Counted from the stretch's first letter, positions 24,666 to 38,500 are shown. The stretch is 64,000 bases of DNA from Octopus sinensis (GCF_006345805.1 NC_043007.1:23002001-23066000), one strand, 5' to 3'. A program made the numbers and translations. The notes: generated from the sequence alone by a model not told the origin.

Positions 24666-25927
24666 GTCTCAGTGTTGTTGAATGCCCTACACTGCTGTAA
24701 AATTATGTTGTCCACACAAGTAAATAAAGTTGGGGTGGTCGGTCCTGTGCTCATGACTGGATATCACCAATCAATATAATCAATAAACTATTTGATTTGC
24801 TGCAATAAGGAGGAGCCAAATGTCCGAGTCAGCATATTTCTGCTGACAGTCAGGCCAAAACGTAAGAGTCTGCCTGTCCTGCAAAATAGAATTTAGTTTA
24901 GTTGCAAAGAAATGAAAACCCATTTGATGTGTTTACTAATTTATAAATGTAATAATAAAAGATACTGCTTCCCATGCATGCATGCATAAATACATACATG
25001 TGTATGTACATATATAAATGCATGCATACATATGTACATGTATGGAAGCACTCCGTCGGTTCCGACAACGAGGGTTCCGGTTGATCCGATCAACGGAACA
25101 GCCTGCTCGTGAAATTAACGTGTAAGTGGCTGAGCACTCCACAGACACGTGTACCCTTAACGTAGTTCTCGGGGATATTCAGCATGACACAGAGAGTGAC
25201 AAGACCGGCCCCTTGAAATACAGGTACAACAGAAACAGGAAGTAAGAGTGAGAGAAAGTTGTGGTGAAAGAGTACAGCTGCCTTGTGGAGCTTTAGGTGT
25301 TTTCGCTCAATAAACACTCACAACGCCCGGTCTGGGAATCGAAACCGCGATCCTACGACTGCGAGTCCGCTGCCCTAACCACTGGGCCATTGCGCCTCCA
25401 CGTACATGTATATGTGTATACATACATGTGCACGTGTGTACATGGCTTTGTTAGGATGGTATATAAATAAAAATAACTGAGTTATAGGTGTGAGCCAAGA
25501 TGTAATGTTGACTATGTAATTCACTTGTGATGGATCCTTCATTAGTTTTTCAGGTGATCATTCAGTTGTCCAATTAACTGAAACACCTACTTATTTGATT
25601 AACCCTTTCGTTACCAATCCGGCTGAAACCTTCTCTGGCTCTGTAGTACAAATGTCTTGTTTTCATAAGTTTTCAATTAAAATCTTCCACCAAGCCTTAG
25701 TCACAATTTATGTTCCTAACACTAGCTTAATGATAACCAAGTTATTTTACTAAATTCTTTGTTATATTTAAAATTAATTGAAAGAAACACAGAGCATCTC
25801 AACAGAAAACATAAGAGGAGACCTCAATGTAGTCACTCTATATGCTAGAAATAATAGCCTAAATTTCCTTCAATCCACACCCTTCCAATTGCTTCTAATG
25901 TGCATCTGCCCAAATGTAGAGGTGTGT

Positions 25928-26335
25928 TTAACCCTTTCGTTACCAACCTGGCTGAAACCACCTCTGGCTCTGTAGCACAAATGTCTTGTTTTCATAAGTT
26001 TTGAATTAAAATCTTCCACCAAACCTTAGTCACAACTTATGTTCCTAACACTAGCTTAATGATAACTAAGTTATTTTACTAAATTCTTTGTTATATTTAA
26101 AATTAATTAAAAGAAACATAGAGCATCTCAAATGGTTGAAACTGGCTCTGGCTCTGAGGACAAATACCTTGTTTCCATAAGTTCTGAATTAAAATCTTCC
26201 CCCAAACCTTAGTCACAATTTATGTTCCTAACACTAGCTTAATGATAACTAAGTTATTTTACTAAATTCTTTGTTATATTTAAAGTAACTAAAACACAGA
26301 GCATCTCAAAATAAATACAGTAACGAAAGGGTTAA
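25928..26335. mobile_element. Dimeric form of the TTAA MITE; second dimer at 59796-60197
   Basis: Two internal units joined by GAGCATCTCAAATGG(T/C)TGAAAC within one pair of TIRs. Confidence 0.8.
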
Positions 26336-26836
26336 CATGTAAGTGGCTGTGTTCTTCAAAGATGTGTACTCTTAACAGAATTCTCCAGCCAAATCAATGT
26401 GGCAAGGCTGGGCCTTTGAATTACAAATGTAATACAATCCATCTGATAGGCCTCCAACTCATTTTCAGACACTTCTATTTTACTTACAAGGTTTGTGTGA
26501 GCCCTAGGCTATGATAGATATTTGCCTGAAAAATCATTCAGTGAACTTGAACCTAAATCTTCATGGTTGCAAAGTAAACCACTTAACCACTTAACCGTGC
26601 TTATGCTCACATACATATATACATATGTACACTCACACATGCATACATACACAGTAATTACATGTGTATTAATACACCATTGATTATAAGTTATATAGTT
26701 TTATCCATGCATAGTTTTACTAAAAAATTAGGTCTATCAAAGTGCTTTTGGGTGCTTGGGGTAAGGATTGGATACTTATAAGCATAAGATTTCTTGATCC
26801 AGGATCACTTTGGGTGGGCAAAGCATTAATCTAAAC

Positions 26837-27457
26837 CAGTGCTTCTCAACCATTTTTTACCTATGGAATCCTTTGTTCCCTATTTTACTCAGGTGGACCC
26901 TCATAGTCATTCTTTGTTTGAAAAATCCTATTTGTATTTTTAGAATTAAATATCATTAAGAATTATACTAAAAAAAAACTGTTTAGATATTTTGTGTATT
27001 GTGGAAGTATAACCAATTTATTGCTCATAAATTTTAACAAAAAAAATTCGGTAAGTAGCTTGCTTACGAACCACGGGGTTCCAAGTTCAGTCCCACTGTG
27101 TGGCACCTCGGGCAAGTGTTTTCTACTATTGCCTTGGGCTGACCAAAGCTTTGTGAGGGGATTTGGTAGACGGGAACTGAAAGAAGCCCATCGTATATAT
27201 GTATATATATATATATGTATGTGTGTCTGTGTTTGTCCCCTCCAACATCGCTTGACAACCGATGCCGGTGTGTTTACGCCCCCCGTAACTTAGCAGTTCG
27301 GCAAAAGAGACTGACAGAATAAGTACTAGGCTTGCAAAGAATAAGTCCTGGGGTCGATTTGCTCGACTAAAGGCGGTGCTCCAGCATGGCCACAGTCGCA
27401 TGACTGAAACAAGCAAAAGAGTTAAAAGAGTATATGGACCCAGTTGATAAACCATTG
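26837..27457. mobile_element. hAT/Charlie-type MITE with a SINE inserted
   Basis: CAGTGCTTCTCAAC ... GTTGATAAACCATTG termini; 8-bp TSD ATCTAAAC/GTCTAAAC. Confidence 0.7.
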
Positions 27458-27465
27458 GTCTAAAC

Positions 27466-27666
27466 CAGTGCTTTTCAAACTTTTTGCTGGAGCGGAACCC
27501 CAAGGAGACATTCCACTGACTCGAGGAACCCCTGTGCAATAATTTAATAGTCTTATGCACACATATCTGCACAGGAGAATTAAAAATTACTGCCGATTTT
27601 AGCAGTTTTGTAACTTCTTGCGGAACCCCTGGACTGTACTGGCGGAACCCTGGTTGAAAACCACTG
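27466..27666. mobile_element. hAT/Charlie-type MITE
   Basis: CAGTGCTTTTCAA ... TTGAAAACCACTG; perfect 8-bp TSD GTCTAAAC. Confidence 0.85.
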
Positions 27667-27747
27667 GTCTAAACAGTACCAATTCTGTAATTGCTTGGTG
27701 TAAATATAACATTGTCTCAATACAAGGAAAACAAGCCTAAAATGCAT

Positions 27748-27970
27748 ATGAGGGAGTACTGGAAAGTTCCTGGCTTTAAGGGTATCCTGAAAGGCCTGGT
27801 TGGGGGCTGAACCTTCTGAGTTCATTTACAGGGCTTAGTAAAACTGAAGGACCGCTGCAATAAGTATGTGAATCTGAGAAGAGGAATATGTTGAATAAAA
27901 AATCATAATTGATTGCTCCTCCTGTATTTTCTTTTACCCAAAGCCTGCAGTTTTTCAGCATCCTATCGTA
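27748..27970 (+). mobile_element. Decayed mariner-derived MITE
   Basis: Imperfect TIRs TATGAGGGAGTACTGGAAAGTTCCTGGCTTT / AAAGCCTGCAGTTTTTCAGCATCCTATCGTA; internal remnant resembling the transposase C-terminus. Confidence 0.55.
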
Positions 27971-30900
27971 GAGACGATGGTTCATAGGTGACGTCACGGG
28001 CACTGCATTGCAAAACTACTCAACGCATGCCTACTACTGTGACTACATGTCATTTAGAAGTTCATGTCAACACTGGCAGCTACAAGGAAGTGAGTTGGAG
28101 TTATATGAATGGAAAGTATTTTGTGAGGTTGTGACACTAAGCTAATGCTATGACCTGGCAGAGTCATTAAAGGCATTGAATAGAATGACTTTGCAATATC
28201 TGTTCAATTTCTTGCATGTGGAGTTCAAATCCCACTGTGGTTTGTCAGTTTTGTCTTTTGCCCTTTTGGTGGGGGTCAATAAAAAAAAAAAAGTTACCAA
28301 ATCAAGGCAGTGGATTGGTGGGACTCTTAAAGCATCAACCAAATTGCTTTGAGGGATCTCTTCAAGGTTTTTGAATTCTGCTGTACATCTTTTATCTTTT
28401 ATCTATTATTGGTTTTGTTCATTGGACCATGGCCATGCTGGGGCACCACCTTGAAGGGTTTAGTTGAACAAATTGACCCAGTAATTAATTTTTTTTAAAG
28501 GCTCAGTGCTTATTGTATTAGTCTCTTTTGCTGAACTGCTAAGTTACTGGTATGTAAACAAATTAGCAGTTTATTAAGTGACGGGGTGAGACAAACACAG
28601 ACTTAAATACACACACACACACACACACACATTATTGGCTTCTTTTAGTTTCTATTTACCAAATCCTCTCACAAGGCCAACCCAAGGCTATTGTAGAAGG
28701 CACTTGTCCAAGGTGCCATGCAGTGGGACTGAATGCCAACCCATGTGGTTGGGAAGCAAATTTCTTACCACAACCATGCACACATACGTACATATGTATG
28801 GAAGTATGTATGTATACATAAGCATGGTTGGGTGGTTAAGAAGTTTCCTTTGCAACCGCAAGGACCTAGGTTCAAACTCACTACATGAATCTTTGAGCAT
28901 GTGTCTTCTATCATAATCTCAGGTTGAATAAAATTTGGTAGTCTGAAAGTGTGAGTAAGGTCAATAAAAAAAGGTCAGATAAATTGTGTTTGTAATTCAA
29001 AAGCTCAGTCTGTGACGACAGCTGTGTGAAGTTGTATTGGCCTTAAAATGGTTGGCCTTTCCTTTGTGCCACACCAATGGCCAAGAGAGGGCAGATTCAA
29101 ATGCATGTGAAACTGCTACTAAATCTTGCTCCAAAAAGCCCCTTAGTCCAGCCCTGCACATATGACAGCCCTGCACATATGACAGCCCTGCACATAAGCG
29201 GAAAGTGTAACCACAACATCATAAGTGGAAAGTGTAACCTCTCGAAAGAGCTGTTCTTCACTCCTGCTCCAGAGCGTTGGCTGCGGGGTCACTCCGAAAA
29301 GCTGTATCTGTGACGATTTCATCTCAATCGAAGGAGAGGGGCTTTCTCCGTCCGGGTTGTGGATCCGTGGAATAAGCTGCGGGACGAGATGGTGAAGATG
29401 CCAACGGCCACTCGGTTCAAAGTCTCCCTTGACCCTCAAGTGGCCTGAACTCTTTACATGAACACCACCCTGTACATAACTCCATGTCCCCCTACATAGC
29501 CTTGCTTTTTGCTTTTTGAGCCAAAAATTAACTAACTCACTAACTAACTAAAAACAAAATTCTCTCTTGGGTTCATAGAAGGTAAATAAAAAGGGACAGT
29601 AAATAGAAAGTTGTTTTCCCTGTGTCTATTTTTAGATCAAGAAGAATTGAAACAGGCTTCTTTCTTGGTGCACCCAAAAACCTAATCTAACATGGGAGGT
29701 GGGGATTACTTCTGCTGAGTTTTAAATAGTATCTTCTAATTAATGAGGTCGTAAGAGGTCAGCAATAGGTTCAATATTTTGGTGGTAGTTTGAAGAGATG
29801 AATCATATTGCAATAACTGGTTTATTATGCTGTTTTATGTCAAACTGCCATAACTTTCCATTCAGTTTCACACAAGTTTGTATCTCCGTGTATGTGCTGG
29901 GTGGGTGGGGATTGGGAGGTGGGAAGGAGGAGTTTCTCATTAATCTTTTAGCGTTTATTACTTCCCCTCCTTCTCTCCCACCTTCATTTTTTTAATATTT
30001 TTTAAACTCCACCCCCTTCTCACACCCTCTTGTTTGCTCTCTGGTCCTTCAGCCAAAACAATGTCGTCGCAGTAAGAAGAGAATTGAAAAGCGAGGAAAA
30101 AAAGGAAGTAAATAAAAAGAAATTATGATTACTCAATAGCAGCCCTAAATTGCAAATTTGGAAGAATTCCAAGCATTATTGCGAAACTGCTGCCATAAAT
30201 TGGCAGCTCTGTTGTCACTGGGAATATGTTCTACTTCCAGTTTTTACACATAGATTTAGTAATATTGCGTGTGTGTGTGTGTGGATCATGCACCTCAGGT
30301 TATCATTGCTGTCTTTTTTATCTTTTGCTTGTTTCAGTCATTGGACTGTGGCCATGCTGGAGCACTGCCTTGAAGTGTTTAGTTAAATAAATCAATTACA
30401 GTCCTGTTTTTTTAAAAAAAATTTTCTCTGAATTTAGTACTTACGCTACTGGTCTCTTTCACTGAACTGCTAGGTTATGGGATGTTAACAAACTAACACC
30501 AGTTATCAAGTGGTGAGGCCACACACACACAATGAGCTTTTACACAGTTTCCATTTATAAAATTCACTCTTAAGGCATTGGTTTGGCCCAAGGGTTAGAG
30601 TAAGAGACACTTGTATATCGTTAGCCACTACACACATTTTTTTTTCTCTCCTTGTTTCTTTCTGTAGAAGAGCATAGGCTCGAAACGTAAAAGACTTTTT
30701 CAATTCCTGAGCATTATACTAAAACATCTGTTTGTTTTGTACACCACCTGTCTTTGTCTTGTTTTTTTCGTAAACTCTCCCTATATATATATGTGTGTGT
30801 GTGTGTATAAATATATGTGTGTTTGTGTGTGTGTATATATATATATATATTATATATATATATTATATATATATATATATTATATATATATAATACATAC

Positions 30901-31518
30901 ATACAGGCGTAACTGTGTGGTAGGAATCTTTCTTCCCAACCACATGGTTCCCAGTTCAGTCCCACCTTGGGCATATGTCTTCTACTTTTCTACTTCAGCC
31001 TCGGGCTGACCAAAACCTCATGAGTGAATTTGGTAGATGGAAATTGAAAGAAGCCCATTGTGTGTGTGTGTGTGTCTGTATTTGTCTTCCCATCATCACT
31101 TGACAACCGGTGTTGGTGTGTTTACATCCCCGTAATTTAGTGGTTCAGCAAAAGAGACTGATAGAATAAATACTAGGCTTAAAAAATAAGTCCTGGGGTC
31201 TATTTGTTCGACTAAAACCCCTCGAGGCGGTGCTCCAGCATGACCACAGTCAAATGACTGAAACAAGTAAAAGAATAAAAGAACATATATATATACATAT
31301 ATAAGAAATGTAACTACATGTGTTCTGTTGGTGATTTTGTTTTCCTCATTTTCCCTTCTTTCTCTGGACTTCCCTGTTTCCAATGAAAAGCTGTACCTGA
31401 AATGTTAACAACAATTCTCTCTTCCCCGAGCGCCAAATTAATATATTTCTTGTGCACGTCCTCATGTTTGTTTTTTCTTTTATTCTCTGTTTTTTTTAAT
31501 TGTTTGTTTATTCGAATT

Positions 31519-31562
<44 letters not shown>

Positions 31563-32383
31563 TACTGTCTGCTTGCCTTGATATCACACGAGAGTTGTAA
31601 ACAAAATGTTTTTGTCATGCAAAGTGTCCTTCATTTCCAACATCTCCAGTCATGGAAAAATATTACATTACTTGGAGACAGGTAAGGGTTGGTGAATGGA
31701 AAAGTATGCATCTGTAGAAGAGAAACCTCAACAAAATTCAGACTAACCCATGCAAGCATGGAAAAGTGGATGCTAAAATGATGATGGTGGTGGCCATACC
31801 CGTGCCTATAATGTACAACCTTTATAGAAACGCTTCCTCGAAATTCACAAGGGAAAGTTCAATGACCATCAAATATAAATTTATTTTCCTTTGCATTATT
31901 ACAGTTGGATACAGTTGTTGTGGATCATGAAAATTTGGTAGGGACCACTGCTGGTCCTTCTTGCCTGTGCATCATCACCCAATATTGTATCCCTTAAAAT
32001 CTTGTCTAAAACATTTTCTTTTGTTCTTCAAGGTTTAACCCTTTAGTGTTTAAACTGGCTATATCTGGCCCAAATATTCTACTCATTTTATGCTCAAACT
32101 GGCCAGAACCAGTATCTCACACCTACCCTGCAATGTCATTCTAAAAATAAACAATTACATCTTTCAAATCTTGAAGCTACAAGATAATACCAGGTTAATT
32201 TTTTAAAATGTAAATGAATAATGATTACTTCTGACATATTAATTTGAACACTAAAGGGTTAACCCTATGCTTCAAATTGTTTGGAAGCATTTTTTTCTTC
32301 TGCCCTTTTCTCAAGGGCTTAATTTGTGGTGCTGCCGATCCCTATAACTCTTTTTTATTGTTCTATTCTTTAGGGTTCAATCT

Positions 32384-32502
32384 ATGGCACAAACAGTCTC
32401 TGAAACTATCGACTTCCCTAATGAAGAGGAGAAAATCCTTCAACTATGGGAAGAGATCGATGCATTTCAAACATCCATGAAACTCAGCGAGGGGCGACCA
32501 AG
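32384..32502 (+). CDS. IARS1: IARS1 coding exon 1 (acceptor at 32374, ATG at 32384)
   Basis: ttctttag|GGTTCAATCT ATG; encodes [39 protein letters not shown]; donor AG|gtaagg. Confidence 0.93.
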
Positions 32503-35500
32503 GTAAGGAAATGTCTAAGGTTTTTGTGTTGTCTTTTTAATGTGTTCACAGGTTTTAACTGTGGTTTCAATGGTGAGGTGAAGAAGATGTTGATGAGAAA
32601 TTAATCTAAACAAACTAGCAATATTTGTTGTCATTAAACTGTTCAAACATTGCACAGTTACATGTGTACATGTATGCATGGATAGATGTATATATCCACC
32701 CATCTATGCATTCATCCATCCATCCCCACCTCTCCCTCCATCCACCTCTCCCTCCATCCACCTCTCTCTCCATCCACCTCTCTCTCCATCCACCTCTCTC
32801 TCCATCCACCTCTCTCTCCATCCACCTCTCTCTCCATCCACCTCTCTCTCCATCCACCTCTCTCTCCATCCACCTCTCTCTCCATCCACCTCTCTCTCCA
32901 TCCACCTCTCTCTCCATCCACCTCTCTCTCCATCTACCTCTCTCTCCATCCACCTCTCTCTCCATCCACCTCTCTCTCCATCCACCTCTCTCTCCATCCA
33001 CCTCTCTCTCCATCCACCTCTCTCTCCATCCACCTTTCCCTCCATCCACCTCTCTCTCCATCCACCTCTCTCTCCATCCACCTCTCTCTCCATCCACCTC
33101 TCTCTCCATCCACCTCTCTCTCCATCCACCTCTCTCTCCATCCACCTCTCTCTCCATCCACCTCTCTCTCCATCCACCTCTCCCTCCATCCACCTCTCCC
33201 TCCACCCCTCCTTCCCCATCCCACCCCATTTCATCCATCCATCTATTCATTCATTCATTCATGCATTCATTACACACTCTATAAGAATTTAAAAACTTCA
33301 AGAAACATGAAGTAAATTATTTTTGATGATGGAACTGAAAATAATAGATAAAGCTATAAATAGTAATGTAGAATATTGAGTTAAAAACTCTTTGGATTAA
33401 AAAAAAAAAAAGCTGAAAGCTGGAGACTGTGGGAAGCTCTTGACTTTCTTTTCATCCAATGTTTTTCGTTTAACCTAATATTCTAACCACTGTTATTTAT
33501 TATTATCTATTTTCTTTAAGGTGGCAAGCTGGCAGAACCCTTATTGTGCCAAACAAATTGCTCAGCAGTTGAACTCTTGAGTTCAAATTACGCTGAAGTT
33601 TGACTTTGCCCTTCATCCTTTCAGAGTCAATAACATAAGTACCACTTGAGCTCATGGGGTTGATCCTTTCCTGAAACTTTTGTTTGTTCCTTCTCGAGCC
33701 ATGCCTGGCTCATAAGGGCCGGTTTCCTGGTTTCCTTGGCATAAAGGTTCCCCACCTGGACGGGACGCCGGTCTGTCGCAGGTGAGCTGCAAGATGCGGG
33801 AGGAAAGAGTGAGAGAAAGTTGTAGCAATAGAGTCAGCAGAAGTTTCGCCATTACCTTCTGCCAGAGCCACGTGGAACTTAGGTGTTTTCGCTCATAAAC
33901 ACACACATCGCTCAGTCTGAGATTCAAACTCGCGATCCCTCGACCACGAGTCCGCTGTTCTAACCACTAGGCCATGTGCCTCCCACATAAAACTGCTGGC
34001 CTTGTGCCAGATTTTGAAATCATTTATCTACTTTGAGTTCCACCATTAAAAATAATTTAATACACGCACACACTCACACACACACACACACACACACACA
34101 TATCTGTGTTTGTGTCTGTATACATATACATCCATGCATACAAACACACACATCTACATAGACACGCATACACTCATTCAGACATGAACACACATTTGTT
34201 TTGCAAATCCAGTATTTCTGACAGATTATTTTTGTATTGCAGATATAGCTTCTATGATGGACCCCCATTTGCTACTGGTCTGCCCCATTATGGACATATT
34301 TTGGCTGGAACCATCAAAGACATTGTCACCAGATATGCCAGTTTGAAAGGGTACTACGTGGAGCGGCGCTTTGGTTGGGATTGCCATGGACTGCCTGTTG
34401 TAAGTAAATTAATTAAAGTGTAGCAAATAGTATGTGTGGGTAGCTGTTTAACCCCAAAGCAGCCTTGATAGAGCAGATTTATGATTAAGGATGTTTTAGC
34501 TGAAAGTGTACTACCTTTTGTATATTGAAGATTGCATTGTCCAATTCATCCTCCTTCCTTTTCTCAATATGATTGTGTGAGATAGAGCAGCAAGCTGGCA
34601 GAATTCTTAAGGTGGCGAACTGGCAGAAACGTAGCACGCCGGGCGAAATGCTTAGCGGTATTTCGTCTGCCGCTATGTTCTGAGTTCAAATTCCGCCAAG
34701 GTCAACTTTACCTTTCATCCTTTTGGGGTCAATAAAATTAGTACTAGTTGAGCACTAGGCTCACTGTAATTAACTCCTCTGAAATTGCTGGCCTTCTGCC
34801 AAAATTTGAGATCGGTTTTGTTGTTGTTATTATTATTATTGTTATTATTATTACTTACCAGGAATTTGAGATTGACAAAACCTTAAATATCAAAGGTCCA
34901 GAAGATGTGGAAAAGATAGGAATTGCTGCTTACAACCAAGAATGCCGCAAGATTGTGATGAGATATTCAAAAGAATGGAAGGTTCGTTTCTTTTTACCAC
35001 TCTTTTTGCCAATTTTCAATTTATTAGAATTTTAATTTCAAATTCAATTTTTGAAAAAAAAAAAAATATATGTGATTATGCTTTTGTCCATATATGCATA
35101 AATGAGAAATTTGCTGTCATTATTTAGCTCTCGTTTGGCAATCCTCAAGGTGTTCCAACCATGCCATTTAGTATATCCAGAACTTCATTGTTCAATTTGA
35201 CCTTACTTTTTTTTTAAACAGTGGTAGGCTGTGGTTCAAGGGAGATTTGACTTTTATTTCTTGTCGGTTGCGTGACTCTATCATTAATTCAAAATGTGAT
35301 TTCATGTATGCTAGTAAAGAGGTTCAATCTTCTGGATTAGTGACTTGAGTTGACTAATAACTTCAAAAGTCACTACTGACACCCCTCAACTACCAAACTT
35401 CAAGTTTGACACCCAGATATATATCTGCACCCAACTGCTACGATTTCTAACAGATGAATGGCAAGCAAATGTAATAGATTGCCTTGCTAGAAATAACAAC

Positions 35501-38500
35501 CAAATTTCCGTCAAAGTGCAGCCTGTCATCCCCAAAATAGCTGGACACATTGGATAGTGTAGTCTTAGATATATTCCTTATCATTTTATTTTTGTTTTTC
35601 CATTTTGGCATTGGTTGGATGTGTCTTACACATCATCCCATCATTTGCTGAAATCCTTTGTTATTTTCTTATATAGCAATGGAGATAACCACCCAATATT
35701 GTTATTGTTTGTGTAATGCTTACCTGGCATGATTTTACAATTAGATATCCTTCCTATCATAAACCACTTTACTGTGTGTACTAGATAACATTATATCATG
35801 CCAAAAATCAATGGAAATTGCAGTTGTGATACCAGTGCCGGTGGCACATAAAAGAACCATCCGAACATGGCCGTTGCCAGTGCTGCCTCGACTGGCCTGT
35901 GCCAGTGGCACGTAAAAAGCACCGACCGATCGTGGCCATTGCCGGCCTCGCCTGGCTCCTGTGCTGGTGGCATGTAAAAAGCACCCACTACACTCACAGA
36001 GTGGTTGGCGTTACGAAGGGCATCCAGCTGTAGGGACACTGCCAGATCAGACTGGGCCTGGTGCAGCCTCCTGGCTTCCCAGACCCCAGTCGAACTGTCC
36101 AACCCATGCTAGCACGGAAGCGGGCGTTAAACAATGATGATGATGATGATGATTGGCATGATATAATGTTATCTCGTGTTTTCATTCAAAGTTAGATGAG
36201 TTTTCTTCAGTATAATTGTGATCTTGATCATAGTACCCAGCTTTCACTGTCCCTATCAATGTACCTGTCAATAGAGAGCACAAGTGATAATGCAGTACAC
36301 TTCTGCTACAAGATGTAGTTATATAGGTTTTTCAGTTGTCTACAGTGTCTCTCAATTGTCACTGTGTTGCAACAGTGTTCTTAGAACACTGTGCAACTGT
36401 GTCCTGCTAATAATAATGAAATTATTGCATACAGTGCTCAGGTGCACCACAACTTGTCAAAAGTGCGTATAAAGTATATGCAGTAATGTACAAATGTCTG
36501 GGAAGTGAACAGCGTATGAGTCAGATACATGCTTGCATGGGTATGGAGGGGAGAAGATCAGGTGTAGTGTTGGCGAATCTCAGGAAGCATGGAAGTTTTG
36601 AAGGATGCAGTGCTCCGACAACTAACAACTGATGCCGGCAGTTTGTTCCATGCTTCAGCAACTCTTAGCGTGAAAAAAATGTTTCCGAAAGTCATGGGAG
36701 CTGTGCTGTTTTCTGACTTTGTAAACATATCCATGGGTGTTAGACAGGTGGAGTTTGAAAAGGTGCTCAGAGTTATTGTTAGTAAGATGGTTAATTATTT
36801 TTATGGGTGTCTGCCAAGTCAGCTGCCAGACATCGGAGTTTCAATGTATCCATGCCCAGGGAAGTAAGGCGTTCAGAATATGGCAAATGCCTGATGGAGG
36901 GTAAGTTGTCAAAATGACAAGAGAGGCCAATACTGTTTCATCATATTTTATTGCCATTTTGTGAAAATGGACCAGAAAGTAATGAATAATGTTCATTTAA
37001 GTTGATAAAATAATTACTAGTAGGATTCAGCTCCAATACCAGTTCCTACAAAAATTAATCCTGTGACTGTTTAAAGAATCAAAATTTGTAATTAATCAAT
37101 TACCATGTTTTTCGTTGTTCTTCTTTCAGTGTATCGTCACAAGGCTGGGTCGTTGGATAGATTTTGACAATGATTACAAAACCATGTACCCGACTTTCAT
37201 GGAATCAGTCTGGTACATGTTCCGCCAGCTTTTTGTCAAGGGATTGGTTTACAAAGGTTACAAGGTAATTGAATATATATGTTCTCTTCTGCCAAGTTAG
37301 GAAACTGTCATTTTCAAAGCTTATTTTATCTGTAATCAAAGAAGATCCTTTTGCTGTATTGCTGTAGTTAACCAGTAATCTGAGAGCAACTCACAGGTTC
37401 CAGAACCTTAGATAGGATCCACTTCAGTTGCTGTTATGCAGTGGTTGATTGTGTAAGGGTGCCGCATTACAGTAGAGTATGGTTTCATCATCATCCTCAT
37501 TTTAACATCTACTTTTCCATGGGTCAGACAGAATTTACTGAAGAGGATTTATTTTATGGCGGGATGCTATAAAACACACTCTCTCTCTCTCTCTCTCAGA
37601 CACACACATACGACTAGACACACACACACACGACTAGACACACACACACATGACTAGACACATACACACACACACAACTAGACACACACACACACACGAC
37701 TAGACACACACACAACTAGACACACACACATGACTAGATACACACACACACATGAATAGACACACACACACACACATGAATAGACACACACACACACATG
37801 ACTAAACACACACACTCACGACTAGACACACACACTCACGACTAGACACACACACTCACGACTAGACACACACACTCACGACTAGACACACACACTCACG
37901 ACTAGACACACACACACGACTAGACACACACACACGACTAGACACACACACACGACTAAACACACACACACGACTAGACACACACACACGACTAGACACA
38001 CACACACACGACTAGACACACACACACACGACTAGACACACACACATTTGACTAGACACACACGCACACGACTAGACACACACACACATTTGACTAGACA
38101 CACACACACACGACTAGACCTAGACACACACACACATGACAATACACAAGCACAGAGCAATTACATCATGTACTTTGACACTCCGATATTTCTATATTTC
38201 AGGTGATGCCCTTCTCTACAGCATGCAGCACACCTTTGTCTAACTTTGAAGTTGGTCAGAATTATAAAGAAGTCAACGATCCTGCGAGTAAATATTAAAC
38301 ATTTTTCATTTTTTTCAGTCTGTTGCAGAGAGATATGGTTTAGACATCATATATACTGTCGTGATTGTAACTTTCTATATACATGTGTAGCTACATGTGA
38401 CATTTTATTAGGTAACTGCATTGGCTTCAATAACCATCTTTCTCTCTTAACAAAACTCTTGGATAACAAAACACTATCCTGGTTCTTAACTGGGTAAGTG

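Noticed and set aside
32615-33315. Long ORFs in all six frames
   Set aside because: Artefact of a stop-free 16-bp minisatellite.
37598-38140. CRISPR-like repeat-spacer appearance
   Set aside because: The repeat is 7 bp and the spacers are just (CA)n; eukaryotic intron, no cas genes.
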